Shown: positions 41,430 to 52,123, counted from the first letter of the stretch. The stretch is 64,000 nucleotides of DNA from Vicinamibacterales bacterium (GCA_963821395.1 CAWGDY010000042.1:41263-105262); one strand, 5' to 3'. Notes: generated from the letters alone by a model not told the origin. Translations and numbers: made by a program.

Positions 41430-41728
41430 TTCCCGGTGACGCGGACCATTTCGCTCACCGTCGTCGTGCCGTTGAGCACTTTCTCGATGGCGGCTTCACG
41501 CAGAGTGCGCATCCCGGCCAGCCGGCCGGCGTCGAAGAGCCGGGCGCTGTCGGCCTGCTCGGAAATGAGCCGTCGGATCATCGCGTCCACTATAGCCGGT
41601 TTGGCGGCAATGCAGCGTAGCTCAGGATATGATCCACCGCCGTGATGACCGGCGAGCCCTGCAGACGCGGTGCTGTCCGAAGGGCGGCTTTCGTAGACCA
41701 GACGTCCGTGCTTCCGTGGAGAGTTCAA
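41426..41728 (-). pseudogene. remnant of a GspE/PilB-type secretion ATPase (C-terminal ~55 residues only)
   Basis: ...DAMIRRLISEQADSARLFDAGRLAGMRTLREAAIEKVLNGTTTVSEMVRVTGK* resembles the extreme C terminus of type II/IV secretion ATPases. No Walker motifs appear in any upstream frame. Its TGA overlaps the kinase ATG (ATGA). Confidence 0.45.
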
Positions 41729-41751
41729 GCGGTCTTCTTATCGGAGCTTCC

Positions 41752-41997
41752 GTGACCTACCGTTACAAGCCCGAGATTCTCGAGCAGCTCGCCACGCACG
41801 GCGTGATCCCGAAACCCACGACGCCGCCGACGACGGCCCGGTCGGTCGTGAACGACATCTACCGGTACGAGCTGCGGCTGTTACGGAATCGTTATCTGGT
41901 GGGGGAGTTCTCGAAGCAGGCGTATTACGACAAGGTCGTGGAGATCAGGAACAGATACCCGGTTATGGGAGTACTGACGAGGCACTGGATAGAGTGA
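41752..41997 (+). CDS. hypothetical small protein
   Basis: GTG 41752 inside ORF 41629..41997. The product ...YRYELRLLRNRYLVGEFSKQAYYDKVVEIRNRY... matches no family I recognise. Confidence 0.35.
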   Translation: MTYRYKPEILEQLATHGVIPKPTTPPTTARSVVNDIYRYELRLLRNRYLVGEFSKQAYYDKVVEIRNRYPVMGVLTRHWIE

Positions 41998-42009
41998 ATC
42001 GAGCGATCA

Positions 42010-42689
42010 ATGACACTACATGCCGCAACCGTTGCGCGCCGACTCGGCGCGATCGTCGTCCTGCTCGTCGTCGCCAGCACGGCCGTGCATGTGATCACGG
42101 CCATAACCGGTCACGACACATTCTACGGTCTCGCCGCGTTGTTCGAGCTCGACAACGAGAACAACATCCCGACGTGGTACTCGTCGTTGCTGCTGTTGCT
42201 CTCGGCCGTTCTCCTGGCGCTGACAGCCCACTCTCAGCCGGCCGGCTGGCCGTGGACACGATACTGGTGGGGACTGAGTGTGATCTTTCTGCTTCTTTCG
42301 GTTGATGAAGCCGCCAGCCTGCACGAGAAGTTCAACCGACCCGTACGGGAGTTGCTCCACCTGGGAGCGTCCGTCCATTTCGCCTGGGTGGTTCCGGCGA
42401 TTCTGATGCTGCTGGTACTGGCGATCGGATATGCGCGCTGGTTGTTCAGTCTTCCGCCGCGCACACGAAACCTGGCGTTGATTTCTGCGAGTCTGTACGT
42501 CGGCGGTGCCGTCGGCTTCGAGCTCGTTGGCGGACTGCTGACGGACCGGATAGCGGGAGGTTTCGGGTACTTCTGGTGTCTACGGTGGAGGAAACCCTGG
42601 AAATGTGCGGCGCCGTGGTCTGGATCTACACGCTCATCGACCTGGCCGCCGCGCGAGGCGTTGACCTGCACGTGCGGTTTGCACCGTGA
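42010..42689 (+). CDS. hypothetical integral membrane protein, frame break near the 3' end
   Basis: About 6 hydrophobic segments in ORF 42010... The plausible C terminus VLLVSTVEETLEMCGAVVWIYTLIDLAAARGVDLHVRFAP* is in another frame (TGA at 42687-42689). The join is at ~42565. Confidence 0.55.
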
Positions 42690-42710
42690 CGCCCAGGACG
42701 TCTCTTGCGC

Positions 42711-43136
42711 TCAGTACATCCCCAAGGTCAGCTTGGCCGCGTCCGACATCTTCTCGCGGGTCCACGGCGGATCCCACACGACAGACACCTTCACATCGTT
42801 CACGCCGGGCACTTCGCGCACGCGACGCTCGACATCGACCGGAATGGTCTGTGCGGCCGGGCACGCCGGCGCGGTCAGCGTCATGCGCACGTGCACGTTG
42901 CATGCGCTGTCGACGTCGAGGTCGTACACCAGCCCCAGTTCGTAGATGTTCACCGGGATTTCCGGATCGAACACCTTCGAGACAGCTTCGACGAGCTGCG
43001 GCTGGAACTTGAGCGTGTTGAGCGGTTCGGCGATGAAGGGCGCGTCCTGCGGGGGCTGGTTGCCGGGATCGTCGGAAAGAGGCGCGTCGGCCTTTGGCGC
43101 CGGTGCGTCGGCGAGCGGGATGATGCGATCGCTCAT
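42711..43136 (-). CDS. sufT: DUF59/MIP18-family Fe-S assembly protein
   Basis: 141 aa. ...VFDPEIPVNIYELGLVYDLDVD...VRMTLTAPACPAAQ...VVWDPPWT... Last gene of the suf cluster. Confidence 0.8.
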   Translation of the reverse strand: MSDRIIPLADAPAPKADAPLSDDPGNQPPQDAPFIAEPLNTLKFQPQLVEAVSKVFDPEIPVNIYELGLVYDLDVDSACNVHVRMTLTAPACPAAQTIPVDVERRVREVPGVNDVKVSVVWDPPWTREKMSDAAKLTLGMY

Positions 43137-43142
43137 GACGGG

Positions 43143-43592
43143 CTACTCCGTGGACACGACCGCCTGCTCCGATTGCATGGCGGCCTTCATCGTATGCCAT
43201 GCCAGGCTCGCGCACTTCACGCGCATCGGATATTCACGGACTCCCGACAGCACGGCCAGCTTGCCGAGCGCGTCGGTCTTGACTTCCGACGTTGCGGGCG
43301 CGGTGACCATCGCATGAAACTGCTCGAAGAACGCGTTCGCCTCGGCGAGCGTCTTGCCCTTGAGCGCATCGGTCATCATCGACGCCGAGGCTTTTGAAAT
43401 CGCGCACCCGGTTCCCTGGAAGCCGAGATCCTTGATCGTGTCGCCGTCGATATACAGGAATACGGTGATCTTGTCTCCGCAGAGCGGGTTGTAGCCCTCC
43501 GCCTTGCGGTTCACCGGGTCGGGCACGCGGAAATTCCGCGGCCGCTTGTTGTGATCGAGGATGACCTCTTGATACAGCTCTCGTAAGTCCAT
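43143..43592 (-). CDS. sufU: SufU/IscU-like sulfur-transfer/scaffold protein
   Basis: MDLRELYQEVILDHNKRPRNF...NPLCGDKITV...GTGCAISKASASMM. The start overlaps the sufS stop by 1 nt. Confidence 0.85.
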   Translation of the reverse strand: MDLRELYQEVILDHNKRPRNFRVPDPVNRKAEGYNPLCGDKITVFLYIDGDTIKDLGFQGTGCAISKASASMMTDALKGKTLAEANAFFEQFHAMVTAPATSEVKTDALGKLAVLSGVREYPMRVKCASLAWHTMKAAMQSEQAVVSTE

Positions 43593-44830
43593 TAAGCAAA
43601 AATCTCACGCACCCGGGCGAGAGCGCCGACGAGCGCGTCGATTTCCTCTTTCGTATTGTACAGCGCCAGGGATGCCCGGGCGGTGGCCGGCACCCCCATG
43701 CGCTCCATCAGCGGCTGAGTGCAATGATGGCCGGTGCGAATCGCCACGCCTTCCTGGTCGAGAATCGTGCCGATGTCGTGCGGGTGCACGTCGTCCATCA
43801 CGAACGACAGGATGCTCGCCTTTTTTGACGCTGTGCCGACCATCCGGATCCCGGGCACCGACGTGAGCGCCCTTGTGCCGTAGGCGAGCAGTTCGGCCTC
43901 GTAGGCCTGCATGGCGGTGATGTCGATGCCTTTGAGATAGTCGATCGCCGCGCCAAGGCCAACCGACCCGGCAATGTTTGGCGTGCCCGCCTCGAACTTG
44001 TTGGGCACGACGTTGTAGGTCGTCTTCTTGAACGTGACCGAGCTGATCATGTCGCCGCCGCCCTGGTAAGGGGGCATCTTCTCGAGCAGCGGCAACCGTC
44101 CCCACAACACGCCGATACCGGTCGGGCCGAACAGTTTGTGCCCGGACAGCGCGTAGAAGTCGCAGCCGAGCGACTGCACGTCGACGGGCATGTGCGCGAC
44201 GGCTTGCGCGCCGTCCACGAGCACCGGAATGCCACGGGCGTGCGCCTTCTCGACGATGGTCGCAACCGGGTTGACGGTGCCCAGCGAGTTCGACACATGG
44301 ACGACGGCGACGATCTTCGTGCGATCGGTCAGGAGCGCGTCCACCCGATCCATCCGAAGCTCGCCTTCGTCGGTAATCGGGATGACGTTGAGCACCGCAC
44401 CCTTCTCCTCGCAGAGGAGCTGCCAGGGCACGATGTTCGAGTGGTGCTCCATCTCGGAGACGAGCACCTCGTCGCCCTTGCCGACATTGGCGCGGCCGAA
44501 CGTCTGGGCGACCAGGTTGATGGCCTCGGTGGTGCCGCGCACGAAGAGCACTTCGCGCCGATCGGGCGCGTTCAGGAACTTCTGGACCTTTTCGCGGGAC
44601 TCCTCGTACGCGCGGGTGGCGCGCTCGCTCAGCAGGTGCACGCCGCGATGGATGTTGGCGTTCTCCTCGGCGTAGCTGCGCACCATGGCGTCGATGACGG
44701 CCTGGGGCTTCTGCGTGGTGGCCGCGTTGTCGAGGTAGACGAGCGGCTTGCCGTGAACGCGCTGGTTCAGGATAGGAAAGTCCCGTCGGACCTTCTCGAC
44801 ATCGAACGCGGTCGCCACCTTACTCGACAT
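43592..44830 (-). CDS. sufS: cysteine desulfurase, SufS type
   Basis: 412 aa. ...YLDNAATTQKP..., SGHKLFGPTGIGVLWG, RTGHHCTQP. Confidence 0.95.
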   Translation of the reverse strand: MSSKVATAFDVEKVRRDFPILNQRVHGKPLVYLDNAATTQKPQAVIDAMVRSYAEENANIHRGVHLLSERATRAYEESREKVQKFLNAPDRREVLFVRGTTEAINLVAQTFGRANVGKGDEVLVSEMEHHSNIVPWQLLCEEKGAVLNVIPITDEGELRMDRVDALLTDRTKIVAVVHVSNSLGTVNPVATIVEKAHARGIPVLVDGAQAVAHMPVDVQSLGCDFYALSGHKLFGPTGIGVLWGRLPLLEKMPPYQGGGDMISSVTFKKTTYNVVPNKFEAGTPNIAGSVGLGAAIDYLKGIDITAMQAYEAELLAYGTRALTSVPGIRMVGTASKKASILSFVMDDVHPHDIGTILDQEGVAIRTGHHCTQPLMERMGVPATARASLALYNTKEEIDALVGALARVREIFA

Positions 44831-46148
44831 GGGGAAGACGCGCCGTCAGTTTCTGTTCGAGATAGTGGCGCACCGGCTCGATCTTCACGCGGTTCAGGAT
44901 GTCGCCGGCGAAGGCACGGACGAGCATGGCGCGCGATTCGGCGACGCCGAGACCCCTCGAGCGCAGGTAGAACATGGCGGCGTCGTCGAGCTGGCCGATG
45001 GCCGCGCCGTGCGTGCACTTGACGTCGTTGGCGAAAATCTCGAGCTCGGGTTTCGTGTCGATGACCGCGTCGTCCGACAGAATCAGCGCCTTGTTGGTCT
45101 GTTTGGCGTCGGTCTTCTGCGCATCGGGCCGCACGATGATCTTGCCGTTGAACACCGCGCGCGACTGGTCGGCGAGGATGCCTTTGTAGACCTCGTGGCT
45201 GCCGCAGTGCGGCATCGCGTGATCGATCGTCGTGTGGTTGTCGACGAGCTGCTTGCCGCGGGTGACATACAGGCCGTTCAGCGTGCAGTCGATGCCCTCG
45301 CCGTCGAGCCTGGCCACGACGTCGTTGCGCACCAGCCCGCCCCCGAACGTCAGCGAGTGCGAGGAGAAATTGCCGCTCCTCGCGCTGTGCAGGAACATGC
45401 CGGCGATGTGGAAGGAGTCCTCGGCTTCTTCCTGCAGCTTGTAATGATCGATGACCGCGTTCGGCGCCAGCCAGATTTCGCCCACCGCGTTGGTAAACGC
45501 GGCACGCGTGCCGACGTACCGCTCGAGCACGGTGGCCTGCGACCCTTCGCCCGCGACGATGAGCAGCCGCGGATGGGACACGCTCGATGCGGTGTGCCCC
45601 GTCGACGCGAACGTCACTTCGATCGGACGCTCCAGCACGACACCCCGATCGATGAAGATGACGATGCCGTCGCAAAGGAACGCGGTGTTGAGCGACGTAA
45701 ACGCGTTCGTCTGGGTCAGCGAGAGCTTGCCCAGGTAGGGCTCGACCAGCCCGGGATTGGAGGCCAGCGTGGCTTCAAGGCCGGCAATGCGAACACCCTT
45801 CGGGAGGCTGCCGAGCCGCGAGAGGCCCGCCGCGAAACGGCCGTTCACCGAGACCGCATGTCCGATGGGATCGCTGAGCGGCGCAATCGACTGGCCGTCG
45901 AGCGTCGCCACGCCGTCGGTGGCGAGCGAGAACGTGCGCTCGGCGATCGCCGCGACGCTCGTGAAACGCCACTGTTCGAGCTTCGTGGTCGGGAACCCGA
46001 GCCGTTCGAACTCCGCGATCGCGCTCTCGCGTACCTGGGTCAGCCAGGCCGGCTGCGCCGGTCCCTGCGAGACCGAGCGGCGGTACTCCGCGCCGTAGTG
46101 TGCGAGCTGCGGGCTCGCGGCTTTTTCCTGTTCGACGAGTTGTGCCAT
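44820..46148 (-). CDS. sufD: Fe-S cluster assembly protein SufD
   Basis: 442 aa. Characteristic C-terminal beta-helix region (...NKALILSDDAVIDTKPELEIFANDVKCTHGAAIGQLD...). Confidence 0.9.
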   Translation of the reverse strand: MAQLVEQEKAASPQLAHYGAEYRRSVSQGPAQPAWLTQVRESAIAEFERLGFPTTKLEQWRFTSVAAIAERTFSLATDGVATLDGQSIAPLSDPIGHAVSVNGRFAAGLSRLGSLPKGVRIAGLEATLASNPGLVEPYLGKLSLTQTNAFTSLNTAFLCDGIVIFIDRGVVLERPIEVTFASTGHTASSVSHPRLLIVAGEGSQATVLERYVGTRAAFTNAVGEIWLAPNAVIDHYKLQEEAEDSFHIAGMFLHSARSGNFSSHSLTFGGGLVRNDVVARLDGEGIDCTLNGLYVTRGKQLVDNHTTIDHAMPHCGSHEVYKGILADQSRAVFNGKIIVRPDAQKTDAKQTNKALILSDDAVIDTKPELEIFANDVKCTHGAAIGQLDDAAMFYLRSRGLGVAESRAMLVRAFAGDILNRVKIEPVRHYLEQKLTARLPHVE

Positions 46149-46153
46149 GTCCG

Positions 46154-46909
<756 letters not shown>

Positions 46910-46923
46910 TTGTATGAAAGCCC

Positions 46924-47014
46924 TTGCGCAACTGAAGTTGCGCCCTACCGAGTGTCTACCGACGAACGAGCCGACGATGGCCCATGCTGCGGTAGGGCGC
47001 AACTCGTTGCGCCG
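46924..47014. repeat. structured intergenic element between sufB and sufC
   Basis: Two copies of the hairpin gcgcaac-N-gttgcgc (46926-46943 and 46997-47012). In addition, gcgccctaccg (46941-46950) is complementary to cggtagggcgc (46990-47000). Confidence 0.75.
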
Positions 47015-47020
47015 TTTACG

Positions 47021-48467
<1,447 letters not shown>

Positions 48468-48517
48468 ATGCGATCTTTGGGGTCTGACCCCGGCGACCAG
48501 GTAACGGGGCAGACCCG

Positions 48518-48845
48518 TTACGCGTTAAATGAGAGCCCGCACCCGCACGTGCTCTTCGCGTTCGGGTTGTTGAACATGAACCCGCGGCTCATCAGGCTCG
48601 TGTCGTAGTCGAGCTCGGTCCCCTCGAGCAGCGAGTAGCTCTTCGGATCGACGAAAATGCGCGCGCTCGTCTGGGCCGACGAAGATCTGGTCGGTGGCCC
48701 GCGCCTCCCGTTCCCAGGCGAAGGTGTACTCGTACCCGGAACAGCCCCCGGCTTTGAGCCCGATGCGCAGGCCTCCACCCTGTAAGCCGTTCTTGGCTAA
48801 CATCTTGTGGATTTGGTTCGCCGCGTTCTGACTGATGGCAATCAT
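48518..48845 (-). CDS. IscA/SufA/HesB-family Fe-S carrier, one +1 frame break as assembled
   Basis: The N terminus [16 protein letters not shown]...[12 protein letters not shown] is in ORF 48525..48845. The C terminus [18 protein letters not shown]...[11 protein letters not shown] is in ORF 48518..48778. The join is at ~48665. Confidence 0.75.
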
Positions 48846-48864
48846 GAGGTCCCTGACGGAGCCT

Positions 48865-48890
48865 AAACTCCGACCTATTTAGTCCTAGAT
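48865..48890. promoter_or_regulatory. possible Rrf2-family (IscR-like) operator upstream of the suf operon
   Basis: aaactccGACctatttaGTCctagat contains GAC-N7-GTC with an AT-rich centre, like the IscR type-1 core as I remember it. It lies 20-45 nt upstream of the sufA-like start. Confidence 0.25.
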
Positions 48891-48984
48891 TACCACCGGG
48901 TGTCCTTAAAGGTCAAACCAGCTAAGGGAATGTGCCCAAACGGAACTGGGCAGCGGAGCAGTATGGGGAAAAATCCGCACGTCG

Positions 48985-49014
48985 TTGACGAATTGCGAAT
49001 CGCGCTCGTATACT
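48985..49014 (+). promoter_or_regulatory. near-consensus sigma70-type promoter (TTGACG-18-TATACT)
   Basis: TTGACG at 48985-48990, an 18-nt spacer, TATACT at 49009-49014. The predicted start is ~49021. Confidence 0.5.
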
Positions 49015-49023
49015 GCTTTCACG

Positions 49024-49161
49024 ATGTTCGCGCGCACCACCAAACCGATCACTCGCCCCTCGACGACGCTCGGGACGACCCTGAGCCTGTCGAAGGGTCG
49101 AAAGCGGGTTCCGACGAAGGGAACCAGCCGGGTCGGTGGGGTGTGTGCGCTCGACGCGTAA
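49024..49161 (+). CDS. candidate Thr-rich leader peptide (45 aa), essentially leaderless
   Basis: MFARTTKPITRPSTTLGTTLSLSKGRKRVPTKGTSRVGGVCALDA*. It has 9 Thr including three TT pairs. The ATG is about 3 nt after the predicted transcription start. The stop is 25 nt before the terminator stem. Confidence 0.35.
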   Translation: MFARTTKPITRPSTTLGTTLSLSKGRKRVPTKGTSRVGGVCALDA

Positions 49162-49185
49162 CCAGTAACGCAAACGAGATTCAGC

Positions 49186-49222
49186 AACCCGCCGACGCTT
49201 AACAGCCGGCGGGTTTTTTTTT
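49186..49222 (+). terminator. intrinsic terminator upstream of asd
   Basis: Stem aacccgccg / cggcgggtt (49186-49194 / 49207-49215), a 12-nt loop, then a run of 9 T. Confidence 0.75.
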
Positions 49223-49225
49223 GGT

Positions 49226-49257
49226 CCGCCTTCGCGCCTTCGGCGCTTCGGCGCGAC
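49226..49257. repeat. GC-rich repeat, family D (CCGCCTTCGCGCC...CTTCGGCG.GAC)
   Basis: ccgccttcgcgccttcggcgcttcggcgcgac here, versus ccgccttcgcgccgaaggcacttcggcgagac at 54034-54065. Confidence 0.6.
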
Positions 49258-49329
49258 AGGTTGGCAGTAGCGCGGGCTGATTTCGAAACAAGTAGCGCAG
49301 GGCTTTAGCCTGCTCGGAAGGAGTCAGTC

Positions 49330-50388
49330 GTGGTTTCCCGGAGAGTAGACGTCGGCATTCTCGGCGCGACAGGCATGGTGGGACAGCAGTTCATCATGCA
49401 GCTCGCCAATCACCCCTGGTTTCGCATCGCCTGGCTCGGCGCGAGCGAACGGTCCGAAGGCAAGAAGTATCGCGACCTGCCGTGGCGCCTGTCGGTGCCG
49501 CGTCCGCAGGAGGTCGACGACATGGTCGTCGAGGCCGCCGGCAACGGACCCGCCGGCCGCGCGCCACGCCTCATGTTCTCGGGGCTCGACTCGAAAGTGG
49601 CGGGCGATATCGAGCGCGACTTCGCCTCGGCCGGGCATTTCGTCGTCAGCAACGCGCGAAACTTCAGGATGGAGCAGTTCGTGCCGCTGCTCGTCCCTGA
49701 GATAAATCCCGACCATCTCGCGCTCATCCCCCTCCAGCAGCAATCCAAGGGCTGGAAGGGCGCCATCGTCACCAATCCCAACTGCGCCACGGTTCCGCTC
49801 GTCATGGCGCTCGCCGCGGTCCGGGAGTTCGGGCCGGCGCGGGTGACCGTCTCGACGATGCAGGCCGTGTCGGGCGCGGGATATCCCGGTGTTCCGTCGC
49901 TCGACATCCTCGGCAATCTGATCCCCTTCATCGACGGCGAGGAAGAGAAGATCCAGACAGAATCGCTGAAGATCATGGGGACGCTTCAGAGCGATCGCGT
50001 GGTGCCGCACCCGATGGTTGTGAGCGCGCACACCACACGCGTGCCGGTCATCAACGGGCATACCGAAACCATCAGCGTCGCGTTCGAGCGCAAGCCGTCG
50101 CTCGACGAGTTGAAGTCCGCGTTTCGTGCGTTCACAGGCAGGCCTCAGAAACACGGCTGCCCGTCCGCACCCAGACAACCGCTGCAGTTGATGGACGAAT
50201 TGAACCGGCCGCAGCCGCGGCTCGACGTCGAGCGCGAAGGAGGGATGGCGGTGTTCCTCGGGCGCGTGCGGCCGTGCGCCGTTTTCGACTACAAGTTCGT
50301 CGCGCTGGGGCACAATACGGTGCGCGGGGCGGCCGGTGCGGCCGTCCTGAATGCCGAGTTGATGCTGGCGGAGAAGCTGATCGACTGA
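49330..50388 (+). CDS. asd: aspartate-semialdehyde dehydrogenase
   Basis: GTG start after GGAAGGAG. VDVGILGATGMVGQQF..., NPNCATVPLV (active-site Cys), full-length collinearity with Asd. Confidence 0.9.
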   Translation: MVSRRVDVGILGATGMVGQQFIMQLANHPWFRIAWLGASERSEGKKYRDLPWRLSVPRPQEVDDMVVEAAGNGPAGRAPRLMFSGLDSKVAGDIERDFASAGHFVVSNARNFRMEQFVPLLVPEINPDHLALIPLQQQSKGWKGAIVTNPNCATVPLVMALAAVREFGPARVTVSTMQAVSGAGYPGVPSLDILGNLIPFIDGEEEKIQTESLKIMGTLQSDRVVPHPMVVSAHTTRVPVINGHTETISVAFERKPSLDELKSAFRAFTGRPQKHGCPSAPRQPLQLMDELNRPQPRLDVEREGGMAVFLGRVRPCAVFDYKFVALGHNTVRGAAGAAVLNAELMLAEKLID

Positions 50389-50403
50389 TGACTGCCGGCT
50401 TTC

Positions 50404-50447
50404 GGACTTCGGGCTTCTGGCCTGAAGCCCGGGGCCTGAAGCCTGGA
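50404..50447. repeat. hairpin/repeat (GGGCTTC...GAAGCCC, GGCCTGAAGCC x2) between asd and dapB
   Basis: Stem gggcttc (50411-50417) / gaagccc (50424-50430), followed by a second ggcctgaagcc. Confidence 0.5.
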
Positions 50448-50453
50448 GCCCGA

Positions 50454-51137
50454 ATGCGTCTCTTACTCGTGGGTTACGGCCGTATGGGCAAGATCGTCGA
50501 ACGGCTCGCGCCGGAGTACGGCTTCGACGTCGTCGGGTATCTCGACGACACGAACAACATCGGTGGCGCGGGCATCGCGTCCGCGCCGGCCGCCGATGTC
50601 GCCGTGGAGTTCTCGATTCCCGCCGCCGTGGCCGACAACCTGCCCCGGCTGGCGGCCCGCGGGATGAACATCGTGATCGGCACGACCGGCTGGAACGAGC
50701 ACGAGGAGAACATGAAGAAGGTCGCGGCCGATGCCGGGATCGGCGTCGTCGCCGCGCCGAATTTCTCGCTTGGCGTTGCGCTGTTTCAGAGCCTGGCGGA
50801 ACAGGCGGCCAGAATGTTCGCGCCGTATCCGCAGTACGGCGCCTGGATCCACGAAATCCACCACTCGGCCAAGAAAGACGCGCCGTCGGGGACCGCGATC
50901 GCGTTGCAGCAGGGCATGCGGAAGGCTGGATACGTTCACCACATCGACATGGCGGCGAGCCGCGCGGGCTCGGTGCCCGGGACGCATACGATCGGCTTCG
51001 ACGGACCCTTCGAAACGGTTACGATGACGCACACCAACCGCGATCGCGCGGCGTTCGCGCAAGGCGCCCTGCAGGCGGCGAAGTGGGTACACGGGAAGCG
51101 CGGTTGGTTTACGATTCGAGATGTACTGGGGATTTAG
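50454..51137 (+). CDS. dapB: 4-hydroxy-tetrahydrodipicolinate reductase
   Basis: ATG 50454 (MRLLLVGYGRMGKIV...) inside ORF 50274..51137. ...EIHHSAKKDAPSGTA... is the DapB signature. Confidence 0.85.
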   Translation: MRLLLVGYGRMGKIVERLAPEYGFDVVGYLDDTNNIGGAGIASAPAADVAVEFSIPAAVADNLPRLAARGMNIVIGTTGWNEHEENMKKVAADAGIGVVAAPNFSLGVALFQSLAEQAARMFAPYPQYGAWIHEIHHSAKKDAPSGTAIALQQGMRKAGYVHHIDMAASRAGSVPGTHTIGFDGPFETVTMTHTNRDRAAFAQGALQAAKWVHGKRGWFTIRDVLGI

Positions 51138-51207
51138 CCGGGTCTGAAGAGCAAGACCCGGCCTACGTACCGGATGTAGGGCGGGTCCTTGCTCTTCGGA
51201 CCCGCCG
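51138..51207. repeat. palindromic element, family C, between dapB and dapA
   Basis: ccgggtctgaagagcaagacccggcc ... gggcgggtccttgctcttcggacccgcc. The arms are near reverse complements and share GTAGGGCGGGTCC with 18297-18328. Confidence 0.7.
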
Positions 51208-51214
51208 GAGCATT

Positions 51215-52123
51215 ATGAGAACACCATTTACCGGCGTCGGCACCGCACTGGTAACCCCCTTCACCACGACGGCCATCCTCGACGAGGACGGCGTTCGCCG
51301 GCTGGCGCGGCGTCAGATCGACGAAGGCACCCATTTTCTCGTTCCATGCGGCACGACGGGGGAAAGCCCGACACTGTCCGAGGACGAGCGAACCCGCATC
51401 GTCGAGATCTGCGTCGAGGAAGCAGCCGGCAAAGTGCCGGTGCTGGCCGGCGCGGGGGGATATGACACTCGCGAGGTCATTCACGCGGCGCGCGAAATGG
51501 AGCGTGCCGGCGCGAATGGCCTGCTGTCGGTCACACCCTATTACAACAAGCCCACGCCCGACGGTCTCTACCAGCACTACAAAGCCATTGCCGAAAGCAC
51601 CTCGCTGCCGATCGTCGTGTACAACGTTCCCGGCCGAACCGGCTGCAACGTCGATCCCGCGACGCTCGTGAAGCTCGCCTCGATCCCCAACATCATCGGC
51701 GTCAAGGAGGCCTCGGGGAACATCCAGCAGATGTGCGAAGTGTGCCGGGCCGTACCGCCCGACTTCATCGTGCTGTCCGGCGACGACGCCGTCACGCTTC
51801 CGTTGATGGCGGTCGGTGGCCGCGGCGTGATCTCCGTCGTCTCGAACGAAGTCCCGCGCGAGATGTCCCGTATGGTCGAGGCCGCCGAGCGTGGCGACTT
51901 CGAGGCCGCACGAAAGATTCATACGGCGCTGCTGCCGCTGATGCTCGTCAACTTCGTCGAATCCAATCCCGTTCCCGTCAAGACGGCGATGGCGGCCATG
52001 GGGCTTCTCGAGGAGGCCTACCGGCTGCCGATGGTGCCGCCGCGTCCGGAATCGCGCGCGAAAATCCTGACCGTGCTCAAGGAGATGGGTCTGCTGAACG
52101 TGTCGGCCAAGGTGAGCGCGTGA
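51215..52123 (+). CDS. dapA: 4-hydroxy-tetrahydrodipicolinate synthase
   Basis: ATG 51215 (MRTPFTGVGTALVTPF...). GTTGESPTLS, YNVPGRTG, IIGVKEASG. Confidence 0.9.
   Translation: MRTPFTGVGTALVTPFTTTAILDEDGVRRLARRQIDEGTHFLVPCGTTGESPTLSEDERTRIVEICVEEAAGKVPVLAGAGGYDTREVIHAAREMERAGANGLLSVTPYYNKPTPDGLYQHYKAIAESTSLPIVVYNVPGRTGCNVDPATLVKLASIPNIIGVKEASGNIQQMCEVCRAVPPDFIVLSGDDAVTLPLMAVGGRGVISVVSNEVPREMSRMVEAAERGDFEAARKIHTALLPLMLVNFVESNPVPVKTAMAAMGLLEEAYRLPMVPPRPESRAKILTVLKEMGLLNVSAKVSA

Noticed and set aside
49021-49185. Lysine riboswitch (L-box) or T-box upstream of asd
   Set aside because: I looked for remembered L-box hallmarks (AGAGGNGC start, GCCGAAG-type core) and for the T-box AGGGTGGNACCGCG motif, and could not find convincing matches. 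It remains a generic 'candidate regulatory leader' pending an Rfam scan.
48900-49202. 100-aa plus-strand ORF covering the suf/asd intergenic region
   Set aside because: It would start upstream of the near-consensus promoter and run through the leader into the terminator. The composition is implausible. The region is better explained as promoter plus regulatory leader.
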